DNA of 64,000 nt from an uncultured Nitrospiraceae bacterium (GCA_963730935.1 CAVSTP010000003.1:542292-606291); one strand, 5' to 3'; numbered from the stretch's first letter, positions 1-10,362 are shown. Numbers and translations are program-made. The notes: generated by a model from the sequence alone, not told the origin.

Positions 1-252
1 GATGACACGCTCGACGTGATGGGAACGCATGGCGTCGGCGGCATGCTCGGCATGGTGGGGGTCGGATTGTTTGCAGCGCACGGACATCTGGCGATGCAAC
101 TCGCTGCCGTGGTGGCCACCGCCGCCTTTTCTTTTCTCGGCAGCTACGCGATTTTAAAACTCATTGACGGAGCCATGGGTTTACGCGTGAGTCAAGAAGA
201 AGAGGCGACAGGTCTCGACCTGACCCAACACAACGAGCGGGCGTATTCGTGA
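1..252 (+). CDS. amt: Ammonium transporter (Amt/MEP family), C-terminal fragment; the 5' end lies upstream of the window
   Basis: The translation ...DDTLDVMGTHGVGGMLGMVGVGLFA...GLRVSQEEEATGLDLTQHNERAYS contains the second conserved Amt pore-His motif (HG-x-GG). Its C-terminal tail matches the two complete Amt paralogs at 9013-10335 and 10590-11756. Confidence 0.9.
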   Translation, partial: DDTLDVMGTHGVGGMLGMVGVGLFAAHGHLAMQLAAVVATAAFSFLGSYAILKLIDGAMGLRVSQEEEATGLDLTQHNERAYS

Positions 253-307
253 TGCTGAAAATTCACCTCCGCGTTCGGTCATGTGCGCTCCACGCCAACT
301 CCTCTAG

Positions 308-655
<348 letters not shown>

Positions 656-663
656 TACCGACC

Positions 664-3336
664 ATGGAACTGGAATCCTCCTCCGCCTCCCTTTCACACA
701 CGACCAGTATCGTCCAGGTGCTTGATGAGCATCGGGCGCTCGTGGCACGCCGCGTGATGGCCGGCGCCTCGGGCGCCGAGACGCTCGCTGCGATGACGGA
801 ATTCGTCGACGGGTTGATCATCGGGCGGTATCGAGACGCAATGCGACAGGGCGGTGACGAAACGGCGACCGTCGGCATGCAGCAGTGCTGTCTGATGGCC
901 TTGGGCGGCTATGGGCGGCGTGAGCTGGCGCCACAATCGGATATTGATCTGATGTTTTTGTATCAGGCAGGGTCCGGCAAACCGGTGGAATCGCTCATCC
1001 GCGCGGTGCTGCACCCACTGTGGGATTGCGGATTTCAGGTCGGGCACAGTGTCCGGACCATCGCCGACAGCATCGAGCTGGCGGAAACCGACGCAACCGT
1101 GAAGACGTCCATGATGGAAGCGCGGTTCCTGGCTGGAAGCTCGGACCTCTTTCAGGAGTTTCATCGCAAGTATTGGCGGAAGATTGTGTCCAAGAACAGC
1201 GATTTGTACCTCGACCAGAAGCTCGAAGAGCGGCGCCGGGAGTATCAGAAATTTGGGGAGACGGTGTATCTGCTGGAGCCGAACGTCAAGAAAAGCAAGG
1301 GCGGTCTGCGGGATCTCCATCTGCTGCAATGGGCGGGCATGGCTCGCTTTCAAGCACCGACCATCCGGGAGCTTTCCGACCGAGGCATCCTTTCGCGGGC
1401 GGATTCGCTGGCGTTGACGGAAGCACGGGAATTCCTGTGGCGCGTGCGTGCGCTTCTCCACGTCCACGCGGGAGCCCCTCAAGAGATCCTCACGTTTGAC
1501 GAGCAGGTCTGGCTCGCGCAGCACTTCGGCTATCACGATCAACCGCATTTGCTCGCGGTCGAGCAATTTATGCAGCAGTACTACCAGCACACGATGGGAT
1601 TGCACGAGCGCTGCATGCGGTTCGTGGAACGGTGCCGCAGCGTCCCGTTCTGGCAACGCCTGTCCCGCTTTTTGCCAGCTCCTCGAGTCGACGAGTACTT
1701 TGTGGTGCGGGGCAGTTTGCTTTCTGTTGCGGATGAGCATCGCAACAAGGTGCTCGACAGCCCGGCGCTCTTGTTACGGCTGTTCGACCTGGCGCGAGCA
1801 AGGAAGTTGACGATCGTGCCTCCTTTGATCGAAGACATTCACAGGCACGTCGATCAGGTGCCGGCCGACGCCTACCGCACCGCGGAGGTCAGCAACGGAT
1901 TTCTGAGAATCCTCGCCGGGCCCGGCACGACCGCCACCCTGGAGGCCATGCACCGCGCGCATCTATTGGAGAAGCTCGTGCCGGCGATGGGCACCGTGCG
2001 CGGGCTGATGCAGTTCAATCAGTACCATAAGTACACCGTGGATGAGCACAGCCTGCTGGCCGTCGGCCGCGCCGAAGCGCTTGGACAGGATGCCGGCGTG
2101 CTCGGCGAGGTCTACCGTGGCATCAAACGCAAGGACATCCTTCACCTGTCGGTCCTGATGCATGATCTGGGCAAAGGGCAGGAGGAGGATCACAGCGACG
2201 TCGGAAAGCGGTTGTCGGAGGAGGTCGCCGTTCGGCTGGGATTCGACGAGCAGGAAACGAGGACGCTTAGCTTTCTCGTGCACCGGCATCTCCTCATGGC
2301 GCACACGGCCTTCCGTCGTGATCCAAACGACGAAAAAGTGGTCCTCCCCTTCGCCCGCGAAGTGGGGACGCCGGAAGTCCTCAAGAAGCTGCTCGCGTTG
2401 ACGGCAGCCGACATTGCGGCTGTGGGACCTGGCGTCCTGACGAAATGGAAAGAGTCGTTGTTGATCGAGCTCTACACGAGAACCATGCCGGAAGTGTCGG
2501 GCGGTCGTGACGAGCAGGGAGCGCCTGAACGATGGTCGAAGGTGGTGGAAGAGGTCTCTCGGAATATGAGCCAGGCCGGCCATGGCGAGAGCGACCACGC
2601 ATGGATCGATGCGCAATTGAAACAATTCCCCGAGCGGTATGTCTACGGCACAGGCGGGGACCGCATTGCAGCCCACTTGACTGCCGTGCGCAGGCTTCAC
2701 CGCGGCGACGTCGTGGTCGAAACGGATTTCGACCGAGAATTGGGCGTCTGCGAGTATTCGGTGATTACGCATGACGATCTGACGCCAGGCATTTTCTCGA
2801 AAATCGCCGGTGTGATGGCGGGCAGCGGGTTGCAGATCCTCGATGCGCAAATTCTCACCCGGGCGGACGGTATTATCGTCGACACCTTTCAGGTGACCGA
2901 TCCTGATTATCAAGGGGAGCCGCCTGTCGAGCGGCGCCAAACCGTCGGCGATCGCATCGCGGCAGTGCTCAAAGGATGGGAGCACGTCGACGACGTACTT
3001 CGGCGTGGCGCCCGGTTGAAGCTCACCAAACCGTTGCCCAAGGCGCCAGAGGCGACTGAGGTGCGCATCGACAACGAGACGTCGGACAGCTGTACGATCA
3101 TTGATGTCTTCGCCGACGACCGCCAAGGGTTGCTCCACATCATCACCAACGCGATGTTTCAGCTTGGACTGTCGATTCACGCCGCCAGGATTTCGACTCG
3201 CCTGGACCAAGTGGCTGACGTGTTCTACGTGACCGATCAAGCAGGGGCCAAAGTACAGGACCATGGGCAATTGGAGCGGCTGCGAAGCGGAATCGAACAG
3301 GCGATCGAAAAATTCCTCGAAGTCAAAGCGGCGTGA
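664..3336 (+). CDS. glnD: [Protein-PII] uridylyltransferase / uridylyl-removing enzyme
   Basis: 890 aa with a nucleotidyltransferase motif (ALGGYGRRELAPQSDIDLMFLY), an HD domain (HDLGKG...) and two C-terminal ACT-like segments. It starts 8 nt after the glnK stop. Confidence 0.92.
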   Translation: MELESSSASLSHTTSIVQVLDEHRALVARRVMAGASGAETLAAMTEFVDGLIIGRYRDAMRQGGDETATVGMQQCCLMALGGYGRRELAPQSDIDLMFLYQAGSGKPVESLIRAVLHPLWDCGFQVGHSVRTIADSIELAETDATVKTSMMEARFLAGSSDLFQEFHRKYWRKIVSKNSDLYLDQKLEERRREYQKFGETVYLLEPNVKKSKGGLRDLHLLQWAGMARFQAPTIRELSDRGILSRADSLALTEAREFLWRVRALLHVHAGAPQEILTFDEQVWLAQHFGYHDQPHLLAVEQFMQQYYQHTMGLHERCMRFVERCRSVPFWQRLSRFLPAPRVDEYFVVRGSLLSVADEHRNKVLDSPALLLRLFDLARARKLTIVPPLIEDIHRHVDQVPADAYRTAEVSNGFLRILAGPGTTATLEAMHRAHLLEKLVPAMGTVRGLMQFNQYHKYTVDEHSLLAVGRAEALGQDAGVLGEVYRGIKRKDILHLSVLMHDLGKGQEEDHSDVGKRLSEEVAVRLGFDEQETRTLSFLVHRHLLMAHTAFRRDPNDEKVVLPFAREVGTPEVLKKLLALTAADIAAVGPGVLTKWKESLLIELYTRTMPEVSGGRDEQGAPERWSKVVEEVSRNMSQAGHGESDHAWIDAQLKQFPERYVYGTGGDRIAAHLTAVRRLHRGDVVVETDFDRELGVCEYSVITHDDLTPGIFSKIAGVMAGSGLQILDAQILTRADGIIVDTFQVTDPDYQGEPPVERRQTVGDRIAAVLKGWEHVDDVLRRGARLKLTKPLPKAPEATEVRIDNETSDSCTIIDVFADDRQGLLHIITNAMFQLGLSIHAARISTRLDQVADVFYVTDQAGAKVQDHGQLERLRSGIEQAIEKFLEVKAA

Positions 3337-3374
3337 GGCCGGTGGGTTCCCAGGATTTCTGAAAGGAGGAGGGG

Positions 3375-4784
3375 ATGAATGTTCGTGAGGCGTTAGAGTT
3401 TGCAAAAAAGAACAGGGTGCAGGTCGTGGACCTGAAGTTCGTCGATCTGATCGGGACGTGGCAACATTTCACGATTCCGGCCAACGAATTGACGGAAGAC
3501 CTGTTCAAGGATGGTTCCGGGTTGGACGGTTCGTCCATCCGCGGATGGAAAGCGATCAATAACAGTGACATGCTCGTTGTGCCTGACCCCGCCACGGCCT
3601 GCTTGGACCCCTTTACGTTGGTGCCGACGCTCAGCCTGATCGGCAATGTGGTCGATCCGATCTCGCGCGAGACCTATGAGCGCGATCCGCGCTACATCGC
3701 GCAGAAGGCGGAAAAATATCTCCAGAGCACCAAGATCGGGGACACATCGTACTGGGGGCCCGAAGCCGAATTCTTCATTTTTGATCACGCGCGGTACGAC
3801 CAGACGAGCCATAGCGGCTATTACCACATCGATTCAGATGAAGGCGTGTGGAACATGGGCCAGGACGGCGTCAACCTGGGCGGAAAGATCCGCCACAAGG
3901 AAGGCTACTTCCCGGTGCCGCCGACCGATACGCAACAGGACATCCGCAGCGAGATGATCCTGGAGATGGAGAAGGTGGGCATCGCCGTGGAGAAACATCA
4001 CCATGAAGTGGCCACCGCTGGCCAAGCGGAGATCGACATCCGGTTCGACTCACTGGTGCGCACGGCCGACAAAATGATGATGTACAAGTACATCGTCAAG
4101 AACGTCGCGCGCCGGCACGGCAAGACCGTCACCTTCATGCCGAAGCCGATCTTCGGCGACAACGGCAGCGGCATGCACACGCACCAGAGCATCTGGAAAG
4201 AGGGGAAGCCGCTCTTTGCCGGGAAGGAATACGCGGGGGTTTCGCAGATGTGTCTGCACTACATTGGCGGCATCCTCAAGCATGCGCCTGCATTGGCGGC
4301 AATCACCAACCCCACGACAAACTCCTACAAGCGGCTCACGCCGGGATTCGAAGCGCCTGTGTTGCTGGCCTATTCCAGCAGGAACCGATCCGCCGGCATC
4401 CGGATTCCGATGTATTCCCCGAGTCCCAAGGCGAAGCGGATCGAAGTCCGGTTCCCCGATCCTGGCGCCAATCCGTACCTGGCCTTCTCCGCCATGCTGA
4501 TGGCCGGCCTGGACGGCATCGAGAACAAAATCAATCCGGGCGAACCGGCCGAGAAGGACCTGTACGATTTGGAGGCCAAGGAAGCGGCCAAAATCCGGAC
4601 CATGCCTGGCAGCCTCGATGAAGCGCTCAGCAATCTGGAGAAGGATCACAAATTCCTCCTGAAAGGCGGCGTATTTACAGAGGATTTGATTGAGTCGTGG
4701 ATCGGCTACAAGCGGAGCAAGGAAGTTGATCCCATGCGGCTCCGGCCGCATCCCTACGAGTTTTTCCTGTACTACGACATCTAG
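3375..4784 (+). CDS. glnA: Glutamine synthetase type I
   Basis: 469 aa with hallmark GS-I blocks ([46 protein letters not shown]) and a DLYDLE segment equivalent to the adenylylation-site Tyr loop. RBS GGAGGAGGGG lies upstream. Confidence 0.97.
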   Translation: MNVREALEFAKKNRVQVVDLKFVDLIGTWQHFTIPANELTEDLFKDGSGLDGSSIRGWKAINNSDMLVVPDPATACLDPFTLVPTLSLIGNVVDPISRETYERDPRYIAQKAEKYLQSTKIGDTSYWGPEAEFFIFDHARYDQTSHSGYYHIDSDEGVWNMGQDGVNLGGKIRHKEGYFPVPPTDTQQDIRSEMILEMEKVGIAVEKHHHEVATAGQAEIDIRFDSLVRTADKMMMYKYIVKNVARRHGKTVTFMPKPIFGDNGSGMHTHQSIWKEGKPLFAGKEYAGVSQMCLHYIGGILKHAPALAAITNPTTNSYKRLTPGFEAPVLLAYSSRNRSAGIRIPMYSPSPKAKRIEVRFPDPGANPYLAFSAMLMAGLDGIENKINPGEPAEKDLYDLEAKEAAKIRTMPGSLDEALSNLEKDHKFLLKGGVFTEDLIESWIGYKRSKEVDPMRLRPHPYEFFLYYDI

Positions 4785-4884
4785 TCACTCGGGACTGTTG
4801 ACGAGCGGGGAAGATGCATGCTACAAGATCTTTCAAGCTGAGCCAGGCAACGGCGCCTGGTTGAGCGTTCACGAGGTAACGGAC

Positions 4885-4933
4885 AAAGGCGTCCGTCATT
4901 CTGCAAGGAATGGCGGACGCCTTTCTAGTTTTT
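4885..4933 (+). terminator. Long GC-rich hairpin followed by a T-run, downstream of glnA (copy 1 of a 3-member hairpin family)
   Basis: 17-bp stem AAAGGCGTCCGTCATTC / GAATGGCGGACGCCTTT (4885-4901 / 4908-4924), 6-nt loop, then CTAGTTTTT. Confidence 0.6.
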
Positions 4934-4976
4934 CGACATAGACGGCGCGGGTCGCTGCAGATCCGCAAGCACAGGG

Positions 4977-5026
4977 ACAAAGGCGTCCTTCTCTCGACCG
5001 GGAGAAGGACGCCTTTGTGTTTCGAA
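4977..5026 (+). terminator. Second hairpin downstream of glnA and just upstream of the ABC-transporter gene (copy 2; the outer stem is shared with copies 1 and 3)
   Basis: 17-bp stem ACAAAGGCGTCCTTCTC / GAGAAGGACGCCTTTGT (4977-4993 / 5002-5018), 8-nt loop, then GTGTTTCG. Confidence 0.55.
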
Positions 5027-5060
5027 CCCGGGGGATGTGGCTCAGGGAAAGGGGCGCATC

Positions 5061-6353
5061 ATGAGCGATCAAAATTCGGAAGGGTCAAATTCTTCCGAGC
5101 GGCACTTGGAGCGGACCCTCGATCAGGCCGTGACTGCCGCCGTGCTGCAGGCAGCCGGACCAACGCGGCGCCAATTGCTGATCGGTCTGGGAGCGGCGAC
5201 GCTCAGCGCCATGATCGCAGAGATGTTTCCCTTGGCTCGACTGAAGGCATTTGCGGCGGATCCAGTGGGCAAGCCGGAGAAGAAGGATGTCAGTATCGCA
5301 TTCATCCCCATTACATGTGGAACGCCGATCATCATGGCCGAGCCGCTAGGGTTCTATAAGAAGCACGGGTTGAACGCATCCGTGAAGCGAGCGGCGGGCT
5401 GGGCCATGATCCGCGACTGGGCGGTGAACAAGGAAGTCGATGCGGCCCATATGCTCACACCCATGCCTCTGGCGATTACGTTGGGCGCCGGCTCTCAGCC
5501 GACGCCGATCTACATGCCGGCCGTCGAGAACATCAACGGGCAGGCCATCACGCTGCACATCAAACACAAGGACGTGAAGACTGCGGCCGATATGAAGGGT
5601 TTTCGCTTCTGTGTTCCGTTTGATTTTTCGATGCATAACTATCTGCTGCGGTATTTTCTCGCGGACGGGGGAGTGCATCCGGATAAGGATGTTCAGATCC
5701 GGGTGGTTCCCCCGGCGGAGATGGTCGCAAATCTCAAAGCCGGCAATGTGGACGGCTATCTGGGCCCCGACCCATTCAATCAGCGCGCCGTGTATGAGAA
5801 TGCCGGGTTCATCTTCAAACTGTCCAAAGACATCTGGGACCGGCATCCCTGCTGCGCATTCACGGTCACGAAGGAATTCGCGACGACCTATCCCAATACG
5901 TTCCTTGCCATGTGGCGCGCCATCGTGGACGCGACGCACTACGCGTCGGATCCAGCGCATCGTAAAGAAATCGCCGCAGCGATCGCGCCGACCAACTATT
6001 TAAATCAACCAGTGACTGTGCTGGAGCAGGTTCTCACCGGCACATATGCCGATGGGCTGGGCAACATCCGGAAGGAACCGAACCGCATCGATTTCGATCC
6101 GTATCCCTGGCATTCGATGGCCATCTGGATTCTCACGCAGATGAAGCGCTGGGGGCATCTGAAGGGAGATGTCAATTACAAGACCGTGGCCGAGCAAGTC
6201 TACCGGGCGGCGGATTGCGACCGCATTGCCAAGGAGCTGGGCTATGCCACGCATCAATCGACGACGGCCAGGCACGTCATTATGGGGAAGGAATTTGACT
6301 CCAACAACGCCGACGCCTATGCGAAGAGTTTCAAAATTCACAGCATGGCCTGA
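5061..6353 (+). CDS. cynA: ABC transporter periplasmic substrate-binding protein, NrtA/CynA (nitrate/nitrite/cyanate) family, Tat-type signal
   Basis: Twin-arginine-like signal (PTRRQLLIGLGAATLSAMIA) and an NrtA/CmpA-like body by eye. It is followed by the matching permease, ATPase and cynS. ATG 5061 has a better RBS (GGGAAAGGGG) than the alternative GTG 5037. The substrate assignment is an inference from the cynS linkage. Confidence 0.8.
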   Translation: MSDQNSEGSNSSERHLERTLDQAVTAAVLQAAGPTRRQLLIGLGAATLSAMIAEMFPLARLKAFAADPVGKPEKKDVSIAFIPITCGTPIIMAEPLGFYKKHGLNASVKRAAGWAMIRDWAVNKEVDAAHMLTPMPLAITLGAGSQPTPIYMPAVENINGQAITLHIKHKDVKTAADMKGFRFCVPFDFSMHNYLLRYFLADGGVHPDKDVQIRVVPPAEMVANLKAGNVDGYLGPDPFNQRAVYENAGFIFKLSKDIWDRHPCCAFTVTKEFATTYPNTFLAMWRAIVDATHYASDPAHRKEIAAAIAPTNYLNQPVTVLEQVLTGTYADGLGNIRKEPNRIDFDPYPWHSMAIWILTQMKRWGHLKGDVNYKTVAEQVYRAADCDRIAKELGYATHQSTTARHVIMGKEFDSNNADAYAKSFKIHSMA

Positions 6354-6530
6354 GGAGAAGCGATGGAATCGATGAACCGTACGATGGTGCCAGAAGTCCC
6401 GACAGTCCCCGCCGAAGGTTCGATGAGGCTTCATTTCCAGCGGCTCCTGAAGGACTGGCCTTCATCCGCCTGGCAATGGGCGACGGGATGGCGAAGGACC
6501 CGGGAGACTCAGGCGGGGCGAGGAGGAGTC

Positions 6531-7418
6531 ATGGCCGCTCGGTCGCAAGGTAACCCGTGGTACATCGCGGGATTTGTGCTCGTCGTGTTCCTGTTGAGCT
6601 GGCATTTCTTTACGCTTCGCTCGAGCTTCGATCAACGGGGGTTGAGCGAAGAACAGCTGCAGATGATGGAGTTCAACGGCGACATCGTGCGAGCAGCGGA
6701 TGGAAGCTACGCCTGGAATCCGGAAAAGGAGAAAGTCAAAGGCATCCCGGGTCCGCTGGCGGTGCTCGAGAAGGCCCGCGAAGAGCTGTCAGAGGCGTTT
6801 GTGAAAAAGGGCACCAACGATCATGGCATCGCCTATCTGGTGCTCTACACCGTCTCGCGGTTTGCCGGCGGGTTCCTTGCGGCCTCCGTCATCGCGATCA
6901 TGGTGGGCGTCATTCTCGGGCTGAACAAAGTGCTCTTTCGTGCCGCGAATCCGTTTATCCAGATCATGAAGCCGATTTCTCCGCTGGCATGGATGCCCCT
7001 GTTGCTCTATACCGTGAAAGATCCAAAGTGGACGGCGGTCCTTGTCGTGTTCATGGCGGCCGTGTGGCCGACTCTGGCCACGACGGCTTTCGGGGTCAGT
7101 TCCTTGAGGAAGGAGTATTTGCACGTCGCCGCGATCGTGCAGCTCTCATGGTTTCAGCGGCTCTTCAAGGTCATTCTCCCGGGAGCGGCGCCTACGATCG
7201 TCAATGGACTGCGCATCTCCTTCGGAAGCGCGCTGGTCGCGGTGGTGCCTGCAGAGATGCTGCTCGGAGAACTGGGGGTGGGCTATTTGAGCTGGATCGA
7301 ATGGAACAACCTCGACATCGCCGGCGTCATTTTCGCGATCCTTGTCGTCGGGGTCGTCGGCGTGATTCTCGATGCGGGATTCAACAAACTGGCCGGCCTT
7401 GTCACCTATCAGGAGTAA
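6531..7418 (+). CDS. cynB: ABC transporter permease, NrtB/CynB family
   Basis: Polytopic membrane protein with the binding-protein-dependent transport signature region (ALVAVVPAEMLLGELGVGYL). ATG 6531 is preceded by AGGAGGAG and gives about 295 aa, typical for the family. The ORF is open from 6363, so a longer N-terminus cannot be excluded. Confidence 0.85.
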   Translation: MAARSQGNPWYIAGFVLVVFLLSWHFFTLRSSFDQRGLSEEQLQMMEFNGDIVRAADGSYAWNPEKEKVKGIPGPLAVLEKAREELSEAFVKKGTNDHGIAYLVLYTVSRFAGGFLAASVIAIMVGVILGLNKVLFRAANPFIQIMKPISPLAWMPLLLYTVKDPKWTAVLVVFMAAVWPTLATTAFGVSSLRKEYLHVAAIVQLSWFQRLFKVILPGAAPTIVNGLRISFGSALVAVVPAEMLLGELGVGYLSWIEWNNLDIAGVIFAILVVGVVGVILDAGFNKLAGLVTYQE

Positions 7419-7421
7419 CCC

Positions 7422-8282
7422 ATGTCCTTTCTCCAAATCGATCATGTCACGAAGTATTTTCCGAACCCGTCGGGTCCCGGCCAGGTGTGCATCTTCAAGG
7501 ATGCCACCATCAAGATCGAAAAAGGGGAGTTCGTGACCTGCATCGGCCATTCTGGCTGTGGAAAGAGCACGTTGCTCAACATCATTGCCGGGCTGGAAAC
7601 GCCCAGTGAGGGCGGCATCATCCTCAACGGCCGTGAAGCCAGCGGGCCGGGGTTGGACCGGATGGTGGTGTTCCAGAACTTCGCGCTGATGCCCTGGATG
7701 ACGGTATTTCAAAACATTGCGCTGGCCGTGCGTTCTGCCTATCCCGACTGGAGTCATGAACAAGTCACGGCCCATGTCAACAAATACATCGCGCTCGTCG
7801 GGCTCAAGGGAGCGGAGGACAAGCGGCCTACGGCCTTGTCGGGTGGCATGAAACAACGCGTCGGCCTCGCCCGGGCGTTTTCCATCGAGCCCAAGGTCCT
7901 CCTGCTGGACGAGCCATTCGCGCAAATCGACGCCTTGACCCGAGGCGTCATTCAAGAGGAATTGATTCAAATGTGGAACACCTCGAGAAATACGGTGTTC
8001 ATGGTGACGCACGACGTCGATGAGGCCATTCTGTTGTCCGACCGTATTCTCCTCATGACCAATGGCCCGGAAGCGCGAATCGCCGAGGTGGTGCACGTGT
8101 CGATTGCGCGGCCGCGGTCACGGGAAACGATCATCGAGCATCCGCATTACTATAAGATCAGGAACCATATCATCCACTTCCTCGTTCGCCACGCCAAACA
8201 TGAGACAGCGACATCGGGTCCATCCACGAATGGGACGCCTGTCATCGTCAATTTTGAGGAGGGATCGGTTGTGACGCATTAG
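7422..8282 (+). CDS. cynD: ABC transporter ATP-binding protein, NrtD/CynD family
   Basis: Walker A GHSGCGKST, ABC signature LSGGMKQRV, Walker B LLLDEPF. It starts 3 nt after the permease stop. Confidence 0.92.
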   Translation: MSFLQIDHVTKYFPNPSGPGQVCIFKDATIKIEKGEFVTCIGHSGCGKSTLLNIIAGLETPSEGGIILNGREASGPGLDRMVVFQNFALMPWMTVFQNIALAVRSAYPDWSHEQVTAHVNKYIALVGLKGAEDKRPTALSGGMKQRVGLARAFSIEPKVLLLDEPFAQIDALTRGVIQEELIQMWNTSRNTVFMVTHDVDEAILLSDRILLMTNGPEARIAEVVHVSIARPRSRETIIEHPHYYKIRNHIIHFLVRHAKHETATSGPSTNGTPVIVNFEEGSVVTH

Positions 8283-8388
8283 GCGTCGCGGCGAACGAAA
8301 TACCTCAGCAGGGCCGGCACAGCCAGACGGACATCGGATGCAAGAGGCAACAATCGTCAATCACCGTTTCCACCAATGAGGGGGACCT

Positions 8389-8829
8389 ATGGATAAAGAA
8401 AAGGTGCGGACCATTGTGAAAGAAAAGCGTCAGAAAAAGAATGTCACCATCGCCGAGGTCGCTAAAACCGTCGGCAAGAATCCGACCTTCGTGGCTGCCG
8501 CGCTGAATGGGAACCATCGCTTTACGACCGATGAAGCCAAGAAGGTCGGAGCGTTGCTGGAGCTGGACGGGGAAACGACGGCCGCTCTGAGCAAGTTTCC
8601 GGTTCGCACCGATTTTCCGAATGCGGCGGATCCGTTCAAATATCGGTTGTTGGAAATTATCGGAGTCTACGGCGATTCGTTGCGCGATCAGGCCAATGAA
8701 ATGTTCGGCGACGGCATCATGAGCGCGATCGATTTCACGCTGGACATGGAGAAAGTGACGGGGAGCCAAGGGGAAGCGCGCTGTAAGATCACCTTGAACG
8801 GGAAGTGGCTGGAGTACAAGACCTTTTGA
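8389..8829 (+). CDS. cynS: Cyanase (cyanate hydratase)
   Basis: 146 aa. An N-terminal HTH-like half (TIAEVAKTVGKNPTFVAAAL) is followed by the conserved cyanase C-terminal domain (DPFKYRLLEIIGVYG...GDGIMSAIDF...KITLNGKWLEYK). Confidence 0.95.
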   Translation: MDKEKVRTIVKEKRQKKNVTIAEVAKTVGKNPTFVAAALNGNHRFTTDEAKKVGALLELDGETTAALSKFPVRTDFPNAADPFKYRLLEIIGVYGDSLRDQANEMFGDGIMSAIDFTLDMEKVTGSQGEARCKITLNGKWLEYKTF

Positions 8830-8931
8830 GTCTTACTGGGAGGGGCTGAAGCCTCCATCGAAACGAGTTCATCGGTTGCGGAGCGGCTGAGACAGTGTCG
8901 TCTTTAGCCGGTCCGGGGCAAATGTGAACGG

Positions 8932-8980
8932 ACAAAGGCGTCCGTCATTCGAAGAGAATGGCGGACGCCTTTGTGTTTGC
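8932..8980 (+). terminator. Hairpin downstream of cynS and 33 nt upstream of the amt start (copy 3; its stem includes the whole 17-bp stem of copy 1 plus two extra outer pairs)
   Basis: 19-bp stem ACAAAGGCGTCCGTCATTC / GAATGGCGGACGCCTTTGT (8932-8950 / 8956-8974), 5-nt loop, then GTTTGC. Confidence 0.55.
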
Positions 8981-9012
8981 GGCGATCACCGGAGCAGGAG
9001 GGTGGGAAGCTT

Positions 9013-10335
9013 ATGCAGAGACAGTTCGGGAACGACGCATGGATGACCGCCCTTGTCCTTTGTGCAGGGGTGATGGCGCCGGAGACCGCTTCCGCGGAAA
9101 CGATTGCCGCGGCTACCGTAAGCGGGGCGGACACGGCCTGGGTGTTAGTTTCTGCCGCCCTCGTGCTGGCGATGACCGTCCCGGGATTGGCTCTGTTCTA
9201 TGGCGGGCTGGTGCGGAGCAAGAACGTGCTCGGCACGATCATGCACAGCTTTGTGATTCTCTGCCTCATCAGCCTCTTCTGGGTGTTGCTCGGCTATAGC
9301 CTGGCGTTTGGACCGGACGTCAAAGGCGTGATCGGCAGCCTGGCCTGGGTCGGCTTGAGCGGCGTCGGCTTATCGCCCCATGCGGTCTATGGCCCGACGA
9401 TTCCGCATCAAGCCTTCATGGTGTTTCAGTTGATGTTCGCCGCGATCACGCCCGCCCTCATTACCGGCGCGTTCGCAGAGCGGATGAAGTTTGGTGCGCT
9501 GATCCTGTTTGCACTGCTCTGGTCGCTCCTCATCTATTGTCCCATTGCGCACTGGATCTGGGGCGGTGGATGGCTGGCTGGACTTGGCGCGTTGGATTTT
9601 GCCGGCGGCGCAGTCGTGCACATTAGTTCGGGCATCAGCGCCTTGGTCTGCGCCCTGGTGCTGGGAAGGCGTCAGGGCTACGGCACGGACTATATGGCTC
9701 CGCACAATCTGCCGATGGTGCTGTTGGGAACAGGCCTCCTCTGGGTCGGATGGTTCGGCTTCAATGCGGGCAGCGCGCTCGGCGCCAATGAAACGGCAGT
9801 TGTGGCGTTCGTCGCCACCCACACCGCGGCGGTCACGGCTGCCTTGACCTGGATGACCGTGGAGTGGTGGCACCGCGGAACGCCGACGGTGCTTGGAATT
9901 GCGAGCGGTGCCGTGGCGGGACTGGCCATGGTCACGCCAGGCGCCGGATTCGTGACCCCCTTCTCGGCGCTTTTCATGGGAATGGCTGCTGGAGGGTTGT
10001 CGTATGTCGCCATCATGAAGAAGGGGGGGCTCGGCTATGACGATTCGCTGGATGTGGTCGGGATCCACGGCGTAGCGGGAGTCGGCGGCATTCTAATGAC
10101 GGGTCTCTTCGCCTCGAAAGCGGTCAATGCCGCAGGCGCTGATGGTCTCTTGCAAGGAAATGGCGCTTTTTTTGCGGTGCAGGCGCTGACAGTCGTTGTC
10201 GTTGGACTGTTCTCTGCCGGAGGCACATGGGTGATCCTCAAAGTCGTGGATCGGGCTGTCGGGTTGCGCGTGACGCCGGAGGAGGAGCGCATGGGTCTGG
10301 ATCTGAGTCAGCATAACGAGCGTGCCTATTCATAA
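9013..10335 (+). CDS. amt: Ammonium transporter (Amt family) with cleavable signal peptide
   Basis: Signal-like N-terminus (MTALVLCAGVMAPETASA). Amt blocks LVLAMTVPGLALFYGG, DFAGGAVVHISSG and DVVGIHGVAGVGG (twin pore His). C-terminal tail GLDLSQHNERAYS. RBS GGAGCAGGAGGG lies before ATG 9013. Confidence 0.95.
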   Translation: MQRQFGNDAWMTALVLCAGVMAPETASAETIAAATVSGADTAWVLVSAALVLAMTVPGLALFYGGLVRSKNVLGTIMHSFVILCLISLFWVLLGYSLAFGPDVKGVIGSLAWVGLSGVGLSPHAVYGPTIPHQAFMVFQLMFAAITPALITGAFAERMKFGALILFALLWSLLIYCPIAHWIWGGGWLAGLGALDFAGGAVVHISSGISALVCALVLGRRQGYGTDYMAPHNLPMVLLGTGLLWVGWFGFNAGSALGANETAVVAFVATHTAAVTAALTWMTVEWWHRGTPTVLGIASGAVAGLAMVTPGAGFVTPFSALFMGMAAGGLSYVAIMKKGGLGYDDSLDVVGIHGVAGVGGILMTGLFASKAVNAAGADGLLQGNGAFFAVQALTVVVVGLFSAGGTWVILKVVDRAVGLRVTPEEERMGLDLSQHNERAYS

Positions 10336-10362
10336 ACAGTCTCAGATGAAAGGAGGCGTAGC

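Noticed and set aside
694-3405. Long minus-strand ORFs (348 aa and 480 aa) antisense to glnD. The same phenomenon is seen antisense to glnA (4050-4751), the ABC ATPase (7146-8096), amt (9370-10068, 11193-12077), purB (38449-39429), recG (54562-55695) and others.
   Set aside because: These are typical high-GC shadow ORFs. The translations are Arg/His/Gly/Pro-rich with no recognisable domains, whereas the opposite strand encodes textbook proteins over the same coordinates.
4798-4827. sigma70-like hexamers TTGACG-17-CTACAA between the glnA stop and the first hairpin
   Set aside because: The -10 is poor, and a promoter placed upstream of two terminator-like hairpins is hard to interpret. It is kept only as a note relevant to the attenuation hypothesis.
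6557-7609. 350-aa plus-strand ORF in an alternative frame across the ABC permease and ATPase genes
   Set aside because: The translation is Arg/Gly-rich and not protein-like. The overlapping frames encode a clear NrtB-type permease and a Walker-motif ATPase.
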